Position numbers and translations under genes: made by a program
Shown here: positions 1 through 9,098 of the stretch, piece by piece
Position numbering within the stretch: the first letter of the stretch is position 1
Layout of the letters: each line of letters opens with the position of its first letter
Origin: Christensenellaceae bacterium
Lineage (GTDB): Bacteria; Bacillota; Clostridia; Christensenellales; Borkfalkiaceae
Length of the DNA: 64,000 nucleotides
Direction of reading: 5' to 3'
Assembly (NCBI GenBank): GCA_045639245.1
Contig: JAZUCS010000011.1
Coordinates: 4,380-68,379, forward strand
The notes under the pieces: generated by a model
Told to the model about the DNA's origin: nothing
Seen by the model: only the letters and a program-made list of their open reading frames with translations
Database searches by the model: none

Positions 1-1
1 T

Positions 2-811
2 GCTGGTGCGCTTTTCTTGAGTTTTGGTTCGAGTTTTTATAAATATTCCTTCCTTTTAGGTGCATTATCTATAGGTCTTCTCGGCATTATTTGGTTTTGC
101 TTTTATTCTTCTTTAACCGTAAATAATAAGCGTGAAACGGTTCAACCTATTAAGAATGATGAGACTGATAAAACAAGCAAAAGTAGTGCGCCTTTAGGAT
201 TTAGCTTTTTATTCCTCTTTGCGTCACTTTGTCTTTTTGCTATACTCGTAAATTTTGTTAAGGATGGTGTTAGCACTTGGTTTCCAACCATCTTAAAGGA
301 AAGTTTTAATTTTAACGACAGTTTATCTGCATTGTTAACCTTTGTATTGCCAGTATTTGGTATTTTCGGTACAACGGTTTCAATGTGGCTGAACAAAAGA
401 ATTAAAGATTATATAGCAATTATAGGTGTTGTGTTTCTTGCAACGGCAGTGATTATAGGCGCAGTATTATTCTTGTTTACTCAAGCGAATGCAGTGTCGC
501 TAGTGAGTGCGTTGGTAGTAATTTGTTTTGGCTTAATCTCCTGCATAATATATAGCGCAAACAACATTATTACTTCAAGAGCGCCATTGTTTTTAAGAAA
601 TAAAATGAATGCGGGGCTAACTGCAGGGTTGCTTAATGGCTTTTGTTATTTAGGTAGTACGCTTGCTGCTTACCTAATAGGCTTAGTTGCCGATGCAAGT
701 GGATGGATATCCGTTTTCGTTCTATTGCTATCTGTCTGTGTTTTTGTTTTGGTTTACACAGCTATTTATTTATTAATTAATCTTTTTAGGCAAAAAAATT
801 CTAAAACATAA
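2..811 (+). CDS. MFS transporter, C-terminal part (5' end cut by window edge); resembles GlpT/UhpC-type organophosphate:phosphate antiporters
   Basis: The frame is open back to nt 2 (AGALFLSFGSS...), so the TTG at 17 is not the true start. Multiple hydrophobic helices flank a charged central loop (NNKRETVQPIKNDETDKTSK). FVKDGVSTWFPTILKESFNF resembles the GlpT/UhpC segment YGILDWSPTYLKE. Confidence 0.6.
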   Translation, partial: AGALFLSFGSSFYKYSFLLGALSIGLLGIIWFCFYSSLTVNNKRETVQPIKNDETDKTSKSSAPLGFSFLFLFASLCLFAILVNFVKDGVSTWFPTILKESFNFNDSLSALLTFVLPVFGIFGTTVSMWLNKRIKDYIAIIGVVFLATAVIIGAVLFLFTQANAVSLVSALVVICFGLISCIIYSANNIITSRAPLFLRNKMNAGLTAGLLNGFCYLGSTLAAYLIGLVADASGWISVFVLLLSVCVFVLVYTAIYLLINLFRQKNSKT

Positions 812-827
812 TGAGAAAAGGAGAGAT

Positions 828-3128
828 ATGAAGGGCTATTTTTGTGACGAGAAAAAAGAATATGTTATAAGGGATATGTATCCAGTAAGACCACTTTATA
901 ACTACTTGTGGTCAGAGCATACCGTTTCCACGCTTGACCATTTTGGTAACGGCTTTACCACAAGTGTTAGAGACGGTAAGTGGAGAAATATTGAAACGGG
1001 CACACGTAACTTCTATATTAAGGATAGGGTTAGTGGTGAATATTATTCTGCCAACAGAAATTACAAAAGAGAACCTTTTGATGTTTTTGAATGCCATGTT
1101 GGGCTAGGCTATCAGCTTATTGTTAGTCAGTATAAAGGTATAAGAACGGAAATTACATTTGTTATTCCAAACGATTTACGTGCTCTTATGACGGGGATTA
1201 AGGTTAAAAACGTTTCTAGTGAAAAGAAATCTATCGACCTATATACCACTACTGAGCCTGTTATTAATATGACGGCACATTATTCAGAAGGTGAGGCGTT
1301 TTTTTCTAAGGAAGCTAATGGTTTAATTTTCTCTCACGATGCGTTTGAATACGAGCTTCCGTATAAGCACGTTTACCTATCGAGTGCAAAAGAATTTTAC
1401 GGATACGACGTAACCAATTCTAGATTCAAAGGCATTTACGAAGGATATGAAAACCCAGTAGCATTATGTGAGGATAGACTTGCTTCAATAGATATTAACG
1501 CAGATAATAACCACGTTGGTGCATTCCAATTTAGGCTTGACCTTGAGGCTGGAGAAGAGTGGGAAAACGTTCTTCTTTGCGGGCTTGCAGAAACAACAAA
1601 TGAGGCGATAACTCATTGTAATTATTGCACGTTAGAAAACTTTGCTAAAGAACTTAAATTACAAGAAAATATTAATAACGAATATTTAGACGTGTTCGTT
1701 TTAGATTCTCCCGACAAAATACTTAACTCGCAGGTAAATGTTTGGCTTAAACGTCAGCTTGCTTTTGGAAAAACGTGGGGCAGACTTTGGGGCAAAGGGT
1801 TTAGAGACGTTATGCAGGATATAACTTCATTTGCACCCTTTGACGCTGAGCTTGCCAAGAAGAGAATACTCTATGCCTTAAAACACGTTTACGAAAACGG
1901 CAACCCTATAAGAATGTTCGAGCCTACTTATCTCTATCCCTATAATGACGGCGCAATTTGGGTTCCTTCGGCAATTCTTGCCTACCTTAACGAAACGGGC
2001 GACTTATCTATTTTGGACGAGCAGGTTCAATATTTACCTGGTTCAAGCCTCGATAATTCCGTTTATGACGACGGCTCCTTCTCTTATCCTAAGTATAAGG
2101 GTACGGAGTACACCGATTCAGTGTTTGAACACGTTAAGCGTTGTATGGATTATATTATTGGCTCAAGAGGTGAAAAAGGCTTGGTGTTGTTCCGTGGAGG
2201 AGATTGGAACGACAGTATTAATAGTGCGGGAAAACTCGGCAAGGGTGAAAGCGTTTGGCTTTCTATTGCAACCTATAAAGCACTTAAGGAATTTGAGGAG
2301 ATATTAACCCTTTATAAAAAGGAAGAACTTGTTCCATATTACGCAGAAAAGAGAGAAGAACTTAAAGGTTACATTCTTGAAAACGGAAAAGACGGTGACC
2401 ATTTCTTATACGGTTATAATGATTACGGCTTAAAAATTGGCTCTGATGAGAATGATGAAGCAAAGATTTTCTTGAATCCTCAAACCTGGGCAGTTCTTGC
2501 AGGACTTGTGGAAAAAGAAGAACTTGAAAAGATTATGGACGTTGTCGAAGAGAGGCTTGTATGTGATTTTGGTTACGTTCAGTGTGCGCCCTCTTACGTC
2601 AACCCCAATCCCAATATAGGCAGGGTAACGTATATGAAGCCGGGGCTTGTTGAAAACGGTTCTGTATATAATCACGGTGTTGCGTTTAAGCTCGTTGCCG
2701 ATTGTATACTTGGCAGAGGTGATACGGCGTATAATACTTATCTAAAAATTAGGTACGATAATCCTAAAAATGCGGATTCGGGTGTCGAGCCTTATGCTGT
2801 AACTAATATGTATATAGGTCCAGAAAATCCATATCGCAAAGGGTATGCTAGAAACAACTGGATAACGGGAACTGCCGGTTGGCTTTATAGGGGATTAACC
2901 GAGTACTTCTGTGGGATTGTTCCCACCTTTACAGGCTTAAAAATATTGCCGAACTTCCCAAAAGCGTGGAATAAGGTTAATATTAAAAGAAAGTATAGAA
3001 ATTCCGTATACGACGTTCATTTTGAAAGAGGGGAAGAAAACCTCGTTATCGTAGACGGTGAAAAAATAATAGGAGAGATATTGCCTTTCGGAAAGAGTGA
3101 ATATTCCGTTAAGGTAATCTACAAATAA
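828..3128 (+). CDS. GH94-like glycoside phosphorylase (cellobiose/chitobiose phosphorylase type)
   Basis: 766 aa with no signal peptide and a GGAG-type RBS. The N-terminus GYFCDEKKEYVIRDMYPVRPLYNYLW follows the G.F.D..REYVI....P.PW.NYL pattern of cellobiose/chitobiose phosphorylases. GGDWNDSIN matches the catalytic DWND motif. TGTAGWLYRGLTEYFCGI matches the conserved C-terminal barrel segment. Confidence 0.7.
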   Translation: MKGYFCDEKKEYVIRDMYPVRPLYNYLWSEHTVSTLDHFGNGFTTSVRDGKWRNIETGTRNFYIKDRVSGEYYSANRNYKREPFDVFECHVGLGYQLIVSQYKGIRTEITFVIPNDLRALMTGIKVKNVSSEKKSIDLYTTTEPVINMTAHYSEGEAFFSKEANGLIFSHDAFEYELPYKHVYLSSAKEFYGYDVTNSRFKGIYEGYENPVALCEDRLASIDINADNNHVGAFQFRLDLEAGEEWENVLLCGLAETTNEAITHCNYCTLENFAKELKLQENINNEYLDVFVLDSPDKILNSQVNVWLKRQLAFGKTWGRLWGKGFRDVMQDITSFAPFDAELAKKRILYALKHVYENGNPIRMFEPTYLYPYNDGAIWVPSAILAYLNETGDLSILDEQVQYLPGSSLDNSVYDDGSFSYPKYKGTEYTDSVFEHVKRCMDYIIGSRGEKGLVLFRGGDWNDSINSAGKLGKGESVWLSIATYKALKEFEEILTLYKKEELVPYYAEKREELKGYILENGKDGDHFLYGYNDYGLKIGSDENDEAKIFLNPQTWAVLAGLVEKEELEKIMDVVEERLVCDFGYVQCAPSYVNPNPNIGRVTYMKPGLVENGSVYNHGVAFKLVADCILGRGDTAYNTYLKIRYDNPKNADSGVEPYAVTNMYIGPENPYRKGYARNNWITGTAGWLYRGLTEYFCGIVPTFTGLKILPNFPKAWNKVNIKRKYRNSVYDVHFERGEENLVIVDGEKIIGEILPFGKSEYSVKVIYK

Positions 3129-3130
3129 TT

Positions 3131-3904
3131 ATGTGGAACGGTAAGAAAAAAGCAGTAACCTTTAGTATGGACGACTTTGTGCCACAGGATGTAAGGTTTA
3201 TTGAAATGCTCGATAAATATGGGCTAAAAGGTACTTTTAACGCAAATTCAGGTGCGATAGGCGTGGATGCTGAAAGAGTTGCTTTTATGCCTGGTGCAGT
3301 GGGTGACCCCATTATTGTAAATGGGAAAGAGTGTCATAAGGAAACTGTTGAAAAACCACACGTTAGAGTTAATGAAATTAACGATATTTATAAAAATCAC
3401 GAAATTGCAGCGCATACGCTAACACATAAGGTGTTAACTCGTTTAGACGATAGCACGGTAGTTTTGCAGGTTGAGGAAGATAGGCTAATTTTAGAAAGTC
3501 TGACCGGTAGAAAAATCGTTGGCTTAGCTTATCCTGGTGGTGGAAAAGGTCCTATTTTTGACGATAGAGTTGCAGAAATTCTAAGGACTAAAACAGGTAT
3601 AAAATACGCAAGAACGAACGGTCAATCATTTAATTTTGAGCTTCCTAAGGACTTGTATCAGTTAGAGATGACTATGCACTTTGCCGATTTTAATAAACTT
3701 ATGGAACTTGGTAAACAGTTCTTGGAAACGGAATTCGACCATCCTGTATGTTTTTCTATATGGGGACATACCTATGAAATGGACGATGCGTATACTCCTT
3801 GGGAAGAAGTGGAAGAGTTTTGTAAATTTATCTCGGGCAGAGAAGACGTGTTCTATGGAACAAACGAAGAAGTGTATTTAGACCCTGACCTTGGTTTGAA
3901 GTAG
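3131..3904 (+). CDS. Polysaccharide deacetylase, NodB/CE4-type
   Basis: 257 aa, no signal peptide. NodB-like motifs are present: TFSMDD (Asp pair), HTLTH (His ligands) and AYPGGG. Starts 3 nt after the upstream stop. Confidence 0.8.
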   Translation: MWNGKKKAVTFSMDDFVPQDVRFIEMLDKYGLKGTFNANSGAIGVDAERVAFMPGAVGDPIIVNGKECHKETVEKPHVRVNEINDIYKNHEIAAHTLTHKVLTRLDDSTVVLQVEEDRLILESLTGRKIVGLAYPGGGKGPIFDDRVAEILRTKTGIKYARTNGQSFNFELPKDLYQLEMTMHFADFNKLMELGKQFLETEFDHPVCFSIWGHTYEMDDAYTPWEEVEEFCKFISGREDVFYGTNEEVYLDPDLGLK

Positions 3905-3911
3905 GTGAAAT

Positions 3912-4679
3912 ATGTGGAACGGAAAAAATAAAGCTATAACATTTAGTTTTGACGATGCAGTTGCCGAGGATAAGAGGCTTATAGAGATTTTAGATAAATA
4001 CGGCTTAAAAGCCACTTTTAATATAAATTCTGGTTTTTTAGGTGTTTACGGAGAAGGTAAATATCTCAAAAGAGGAGCGTCTGAAACGGAAGAAACAGTT
4101 GAGGTTAACGGTGAACTTTATCATTACGAAGTAAAGCCAAAAATTCGTATTAAGCCCTGCGAGGTAAAGGAAGTTTATAAAAATCACGAGGTTGCTTGCC
4201 ACACCATTAAACACTGGCCATTGACTCTTTTAGACGACGATACTATCGCCCTTCAAACTGAGGCTGATAGACAAATTATTGAAAAGCTTGTAGGAAAACC
4301 CGTTGTCGGTATGGCTTATCCCTGTGGTGGGGTAAATTGCGATGATAGGGTAGCAAAAGTTATTAAAGAAAGGACAGGAGTTAAATATGCTAGAAGTTTT
4401 GTTAAGACCTATTCTTTTGAATTTCCTAAAGACTTGTATCAGTTAGAAAGTACTGTTAGATTTACTGAAACTGATAGGATGTTTGAATTAGCAAAAGAGT
4501 TTCTAGAAAAATCGTTTGATTACCCCGCCGTTTTTTCCATTTGGGGGCACGGCTATGAGATGCAAGATGATACGCATAATTTTGAATGTTTTGAAAAATT
4601 CTGCGCCTTTATTGCACACAAAAACGATATTTTTTACGGAACAAATCGTGAAGTATATTTATATAACGAAAAACAATAG
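3912..4679 (+). CDS. Polysaccharide deacetylase, NodB/CE4-type (tandem paralogue)
   Basis: 255 aa. Shares the MWNGK.KA.TFS.DD start, HT..H, AYP.GG, PKDLYQLE and FSIWGH.YEM segments with the upstream gene. Confidence 0.8.
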   Translation: MWNGKNKAITFSFDDAVAEDKRLIEILDKYGLKATFNINSGFLGVYGEGKYLKRGASETEETVEVNGELYHYEVKPKIRIKPCEVKEVYKNHEVACHTIKHWPLTLLDDDTIALQTEADRQIIEKLVGKPVVGMAYPCGGVNCDDRVAKVIKERTGVKYARSFVKTYSFEFPKDLYQLESTVRFTETDRMFELAKEFLEKSFDYPAVFSIWGHGYEMQDDTHNFECFEKFCAFIAHKNDIFYGTNREVYLYNEKQ

Positions 4680-4698
4680 GAGTAAAAGGAGATAAATT

Positions 4699-5781
4699 AT
4701 GAAAATTATATTTGGTTCAGACGTTTCAGTGCACGCTGGAAGTGAAAACGAAAAACTCTTTGCAGAAAGAAGAACGAAAGAGATTTTTAACGACGTATTA
4801 GACGTTGTTAAAGAGGCAGATGCTACCGTTGTTAATTTAGAGTGTGCAGTTACCGAGAGTGAAAACAGAATTGCAAAATGTGGTGGCAATATTAAAATGC
4901 CATACGGCACTTGTGAAGTGTTAAAAGAAGCCGGCATTGATTACGTTGGTATTTCTAATAATCACGTGTACGATTTTGGCAGAGAAGGTCTTTTAGACAC
5001 CATTAGAGAGTTGGAGAAGAACGGCATTAAGTACACGGGTATTGGAAAGGACGTTGAAGATGCTAGGAAGGATATGATTATAGAAAAAGACGGCAAAAAG
5101 GTTGCTATCATTGCCGTTTGCGAACACGAGTATTCTTATGCGTTAGAGGATAGAGAGGGGTGCCGTGAGTATGACCCATACGACACCAACGACGATATCG
5201 TTGAGGCGAAGAAGAATGCCGATTACGTTGTGGTTATGTATCACGGTGCAAAGGAGCATAGTCGTTTTCCTTCTCCCAGAATTATTAAAGCTTGCCGTTC
5301 AATGGTAAAGCACGGCGCAGACCTCGTTATGTGCCAACACACTCACTGTATTGGTTGCTATGAAGAGTTTATGGGTGGACATATTCTATACGGTCAGGGT
5401 AACTTTATCTTTTTAGAGCCACACAACACTTCGGATTTGTGGAACACTATGCTCTTAGTTAGGGCAGATTTCGGCGACAAATTGACTGTTGATTTTATTC
5501 CCGTAGCAACTTGCAATAATTATACTGGTGTTGAGCTTGCTAAAGGCGAAGAAAAGGAAAGAATATTAAATGAACTTTTCGAAAGAAGTAAAAAGCTTCA
5601 CGACGGTACTTGGAAAGAAGAGTGGGATAAGTTCTGCTGGTCAATGGGTTGGTATAGGTTTATTCCTGAAGAGCTTAAGGAAAGAACTGCCCACTACATG
5701 GATTGTGAAGCGCACCTTGACGTAATGAAGCATATATACAAAACGGCTCATCACACTAATGAAAGAGAAAATAGAGAGTAG
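4699..5781 (+). CDS. CapA/PGA_cap-family metallophosphoesterase-fold protein, cytoplasmic (copy 1)
   Basis: 360 aa. Family-typical pattern: FGSD.S, VVNLECA.TES, LK.AGI.YVGISNNHVYDFG, MYHGAKEH, CQHTHC. No N-terminal membrane anchor or signal peptide. Confidence 0.72.
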   Translation: MKIIFGSDVSVHAGSENEKLFAERRTKEIFNDVLDVVKEADATVVNLECAVTESENRIAKCGGNIKMPYGTCEVLKEAGIDYVGISNNHVYDFGREGLLDTIRELEKNGIKYTGIGKDVEDARKDMIIEKDGKKVAIIAVCEHEYSYALEDREGCREYDPYDTNDDIVEAKKNADYVVVMYHGAKEHSRFPSPRIIKACRSMVKHGADLVMCQHTHCIGCYEEFMGGHILYGQGNFIFLEPHNTSDLWNTMLLVRADFGDKLTVDFIPVATCNNYTGVELAKGEEKERILNELFERSKKLHDGTWKEEWDKFCWSMGWYRFIPEELKERTAHYMDCEAHLDVMKHIYKTAHHTNERENRE

Positions 5782-5830
5782 TCTATAATAAGACGAAAAG
5801 ACATAATAAAAAGAGGAACAGGAGAGAATT

Positions 5831-6883
5831 ATGTTTGACGTAAATGGATGCAAATGTCACGATTTAGTAACTGATAAAATCGTGCCTGAACTTAGTTTTG
5901 ATAAATCTAAGAACTTGGCTGAGCAAAGGAAAATATTAAGAAATAAGTTTGTCGAGCTTTCGGGTATAGATAAAATTAAAGAAAACGATTGCCCATTAGA
6001 ATACGAAATTATTGAAGAAGTTCAAGAGGACGGCTATAAACGTATAAAAATTCATTATCTTAGTGAAAAGGATATGGTTGTACCGTGTTATCTTCTCGTT
6101 CCTAACGGATTAAATGGTAAAGCACCCCTTTGTATCGTTTTGCAGGGTAAGACGAAAGGTTATAAGTATTCTGTAGGCTTAGGTGATGAATACGATTTAG
6201 AGGACGATTTTGAAAAGCCTGATTACTCTAAGGTGGACTATGCTATCCAAGCTGTTAAACAGGGCTATTGCGCCTTAGCTGTTGAGCAGAGGGCAATGGG
6301 CGAACTTTTCCCTTACGACACTAAGAGAAACTGGATGGGTAGAAACCGCTCGGGGTTTACCACGTTTTACGCTTTTACTTTAGGCAGAACCACTGTTGGT
6401 GAAAGGGTGTGGGATATGAGCAAGGCGATTGACGTTATGGAAAATTTCCCAATGGTCGATACCGATAAAGTTATTATTACTGGCAACCACGTTGGTGGCG
6501 TTACTGCTTATTATGCTGCAGTTTATGATGAAAGAATTAAAATCTCTGTTCCGTCCTCTGGATTTTGTTCCTATAGGTATAGTGTTTTGGATATTAGTAC
6601 TACATATTGTCAGACCATTCCAAGAGCATATTTGCATTTTGATATGCAAGATTTGGCACAGTTAATCGTTCCTAGAAATTTAGTGGTAATTAGTGACAAG
6701 AACGACGAAGAGTTTCCTTTTGATAAAGCTAAGGAAAGCTTTGATAAGGTGAAAGAAATTTATTCTTGTTATGGCGCCAGTGAAAATTGTGCTCAGGTTG
6801 TTAAGGAAACAGAGGACGCTTCTTGGGATAAGGAAGTTTCTTGGAAAGCAATTAATAATTGCGCTAAAAAACTTGGATGGTAA
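5831..6883 (+). CDS. Alpha/beta-hydrolase-fold protein, esterase-like but lacking the canonical Ser and His (possible pseudoenzyme)
   Basis: 350 aa paralogue of 6894..7937. At the nucleophile elbow it reads GNHVGG (His codon CAC at 6488-6490) where the paralogue has GNSGGG. At the C-terminal His position it reads EDASW where the paralogue has KGHYW. Confidence 0.65.
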   Translation: MFDVNGCKCHDLVTDKIVPELSFDKSKNLAEQRKILRNKFVELSGIDKIKENDCPLEYEIIEEVQEDGYKRIKIHYLSEKDMVVPCYLLVPNGLNGKAPLCIVLQGKTKGYKYSVGLGDEYDLEDDFEKPDYSKVDYAIQAVKQGYCALAVEQRAMGELFPYDTKRNWMGRNRSGFTTFYAFTLGRTTVGERVWDMSKAIDVMENFPMVDTDKVIITGNHVGGVTAYYAAVYDERIKISVPSSGFCSYRYSVLDISTTYCQTIPRAYLHFDMQDLAQLIVPRNLVVISDKNDEEFPFDKAKESFDKVKEIYSCYGASENCAQVVKETEDASWDKEVSWKAINNCAKKLGW

Positions 6884-6893
6884 GGAGAGAATT

Positions 6894-7937
6894 ATGAAAT
6901 TAATAGTAAATCCCGATTTGTGCCACGATAATCTTGCAAAAAATGCAAAAAGGCTTTGTGCGTTTGACGAAAACGTGGACGTTTCTGTTCAAGGAAAAAA
7001 AGCTAGAGAGAGGTTGATGGAAATAACAGGCATTAAAGAAATTGAAAAAAATGCCTGTCCTCTTACCATTAATATAATAAGCGATGAAATGAAAGAGGAA
7101 TTTCGTCAAATTCAATTAACTTATGAAAGTGAAAATGGATGCGACGTGCCTTGTTACGTTTTAATTCCAAACACTAATAAAGATAAATATCCTGTTGCGA
7201 TAACTATGCAAGGTCATTCATCTGGTTTTCATAACTCGATAGGTGAGATTCGCCCTGGTGATGAGGATTATCACCCAAGAGGTGCTTTTGGTGTGCAAGC
7301 AGTAAGAAACGGTTTTATTTCTATTTGTATTGAAAATAGAGGTATGGGGTGCAGGTCGCCAAAGCTTGCAAAACGTCGTCGATATACTAAAGGGTGCGAA
7401 TATCCTGCAAAATCAGCATTAATGCTTGGCAGAACGCTAATCGGTGAAAGAATGTGGGACATCAGTAAAGCTATAGATATGATTTCAACTTTTGAAATAT
7501 TTAAGCAGTGTGATACCGATAAAATACTAATTACCGGTAACAGTGGTGGTGGCACGATATCCTACTACACTGCAGTTTATGATAGTAGAATAAAATTGAC
7601 GGCACCGAGCTGTGCTTTCTGTACCTACGATATGAGTATATTAAAGGTTGGACATTGTTCTTGCAATTATATTCCCTCAATGAGAACGTCCTTTGAAATG
7701 CAAGATTTGGCAACTGCAATAGCACCGAGAAATATAATAGTTATCGCTGGTGTTAACGATGATATATTTTTAATTGACGGAGTAAAAGAAGGGTTTGAAA
7801 CGATAGAAAAAATCTACAAAAAAGCAGGAGTGCCTGAGAGGTGTAGATTCGTTCAAACACCTAAAGGTCACTATTGGTGCGAAGATATAGTTTGGCCTGC
7901 AATAAAGGAAGAAACTGTTAAACTCGGATGGTTTTAA
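6894..7937 (+). CDS. Alpha/beta-hydrolase esterase (acetyl-esterase/dienelactone-hydrolase-like)
   Basis: Start moved to the ATG at 6894, which follows AAGGAGAGA. The listed 6771 start overlaps the upstream gene. Nucleophile elbow GNSGGG (Ser codon 7542-7544), acidic GVNDD and C-terminal KGHYW give a plausible Ser-Asp-His triad. No signal peptide. Confidence 0.7.
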   Translation: MKLIVNPDLCHDNLAKNAKRLCAFDENVDVSVQGKKARERLMEITGIKEIEKNACPLTINIISDEMKEEFRQIQLTYESENGCDVPCYVLIPNTNKDKYPVAITMQGHSSGFHNSIGEIRPGDEDYHPRGAFGVQAVRNGFISICIENRGMGCRSPKLAKRRRYTKGCEYPAKSALMLGRTLIGERMWDISKAIDMISTFEIFKQCDTDKILITGNSGGGTISYYTAVYDSRIKLTAPSCAFCTYDMSILKVGHCSCNYIPSMRTSFEMQDLATAIAPRNIIVIAGVNDDIFLIDGVKEGFETIEKIYKKAGVPERCRFVQTPKGHYWCEDIVWPAIKEETVKLGWF

Positions 7938-7976
7938 TAGGAAATAAAATTTCAGATTGAAGTAGAGGAGGAAATT

Positions 7977-9098
7977 ATGAAAATTTTATTTGGTTCGGAT
8001 ATTTCTGTAAAATTAGGAACGAGATGTATTGAATATTTTGCCGAGCAAAACGCTGAAAAGATATTTGCAGACGTGCTTCCACTATTTAAGGAAGTAGACG
8101 AAACCGTGGTGAATTTAGAGTGTGCTATTACTGAGTCTGAGAACAAAATAAAGAAGGGTGGTCCCAATATAAAAGCACCTTTTGGCACTGCTGAAACGCT
8201 TAAAAAGGCAGGGATTAACTACGTTGGTATATCTAATAATCACGTTTATGATTTTGGTAGACCGGGTTTAATTGACACAGTTCGTGAGCTTGAAAAAAAT
8301 AATATAGCGTATACTGGGATTGGTAAAAACGATGTTGATGCAAGAAAGGATTTAATAATAGAAAGAGATGGCAAAAAGATTGCTATTATTGCAGTCTGTG
8401 AGCACGAATATTCCTATGCGTTAAAGGATAGAGAAGGTTGCCGTGAGTATGACCCATACGACACTAACGACGATATTGTCGAAGCAAAGAAAAATGCAGA
8501 CTTCGTTGTTGTTATGTATCACGGTGGAAAAGAACATTGCCGTTATCCATCGCCAAGACTTCTTAAAGCTTGCCGTTCAATGGTTAAGCACGGTGCAGAC
8601 TTGGTTCTTTGCCAGCATACTCACTGTATTGGCTGTTATGAAGAATATATGGGTGCACACATTCTTTACGGGCAAGGTAATTTTGTCTTTGTTGAGGGTG
8701 GTGACCCCGATGAGCTTTGGGATTATTGTTTACTTGTTAAGGCAGAATTTACCGATAAAGTCTCAGTTGAATTCATTCCTGTAAAGGTCAATGGTGACGA
8801 GGGAATTATGCTCTGCCAAGGCGAAGATAAGGAAAGGATTTTATCCGAATTGTTTGAAAGAAGCAAGAGCTTAGAGGATGGCACTTGGCAGGATAAATGG
8901 GAGGAATTCTGTTATTCTAACGTATGTAGTTGGTATAAATTTTTACCTGAAAATTTAGAAAATAGAGTTGCTGTTATGCGTGAATGTGAGGCGCATAACG
9001 ACGTACATAAAGTATTATATAAAACTCACCATTATTATAATGAAAGATACGATGAAAACGGAAATTTAATTCCAAGAGAGGAGCAAGAGAAAGAGTAA
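7977..9098 (+). CDS. CapA/PGA_cap-family metallophosphoesterase-fold protein, cytoplasmic (copy 2)
   Basis: 373 aa, about two-thirds or more identical by eye to 4699..5781. Long shared runs include AIIAVCEHEYSYAL.DREGCREYDPYDTNDDIVEAKKNAD and ACRSMVKHGADLV.CQHTHCIGCYEE. Strong RBS GGAGGA. Confidence 0.72.
   Translation: MKILFGSDISVKLGTRCIEYFAEQNAEKIFADVLPLFKEVDETVVNLECAITESENKIKKGGPNIKAPFGTAETLKKAGINYVGISNNHVYDFGRPGLIDTVRELEKNNIAYTGIGKNDVDARKDLIIERDGKKIAIIAVCEHEYSYALKDREGCREYDPYDTNDDIVEAKKNADFVVVMYHGGKEHCRYPSPRLLKACRSMVKHGADLVLCQHTHCIGCYEEYMGAHILYGQGNFVFVEGGDPDELWDYCLLVKAEFTDKVSVEFIPVKVNGDEGIMLCQGEDKERILSELFERSKSLEDGTWQDKWEEFCYSNVCSWYKFLPENLENRVAVMRECEAHNDVHKVLYKTHHYYNERYDENGNLIPREEQEKE

Noticed and set aside
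1945-2307. Internal alternative-frame ORFs inside large genes (e.g. 1945..2307, 8443..8784, 18236..18550, 21858..22220, 37928..38176)
   Set aside because: All are nested within longer ORFs that carry family motifs. They lack RBS and motifs, as expected for chance frames.
6771-6893. 41-codon N-terminal extension of the second alpha/beta-hydrolase
   Set aside because: It overlaps the 3' end of the upstream gene in another frame. A strong RBS precedes the internal ATG at 6894, and the paralogue alignment begins there.
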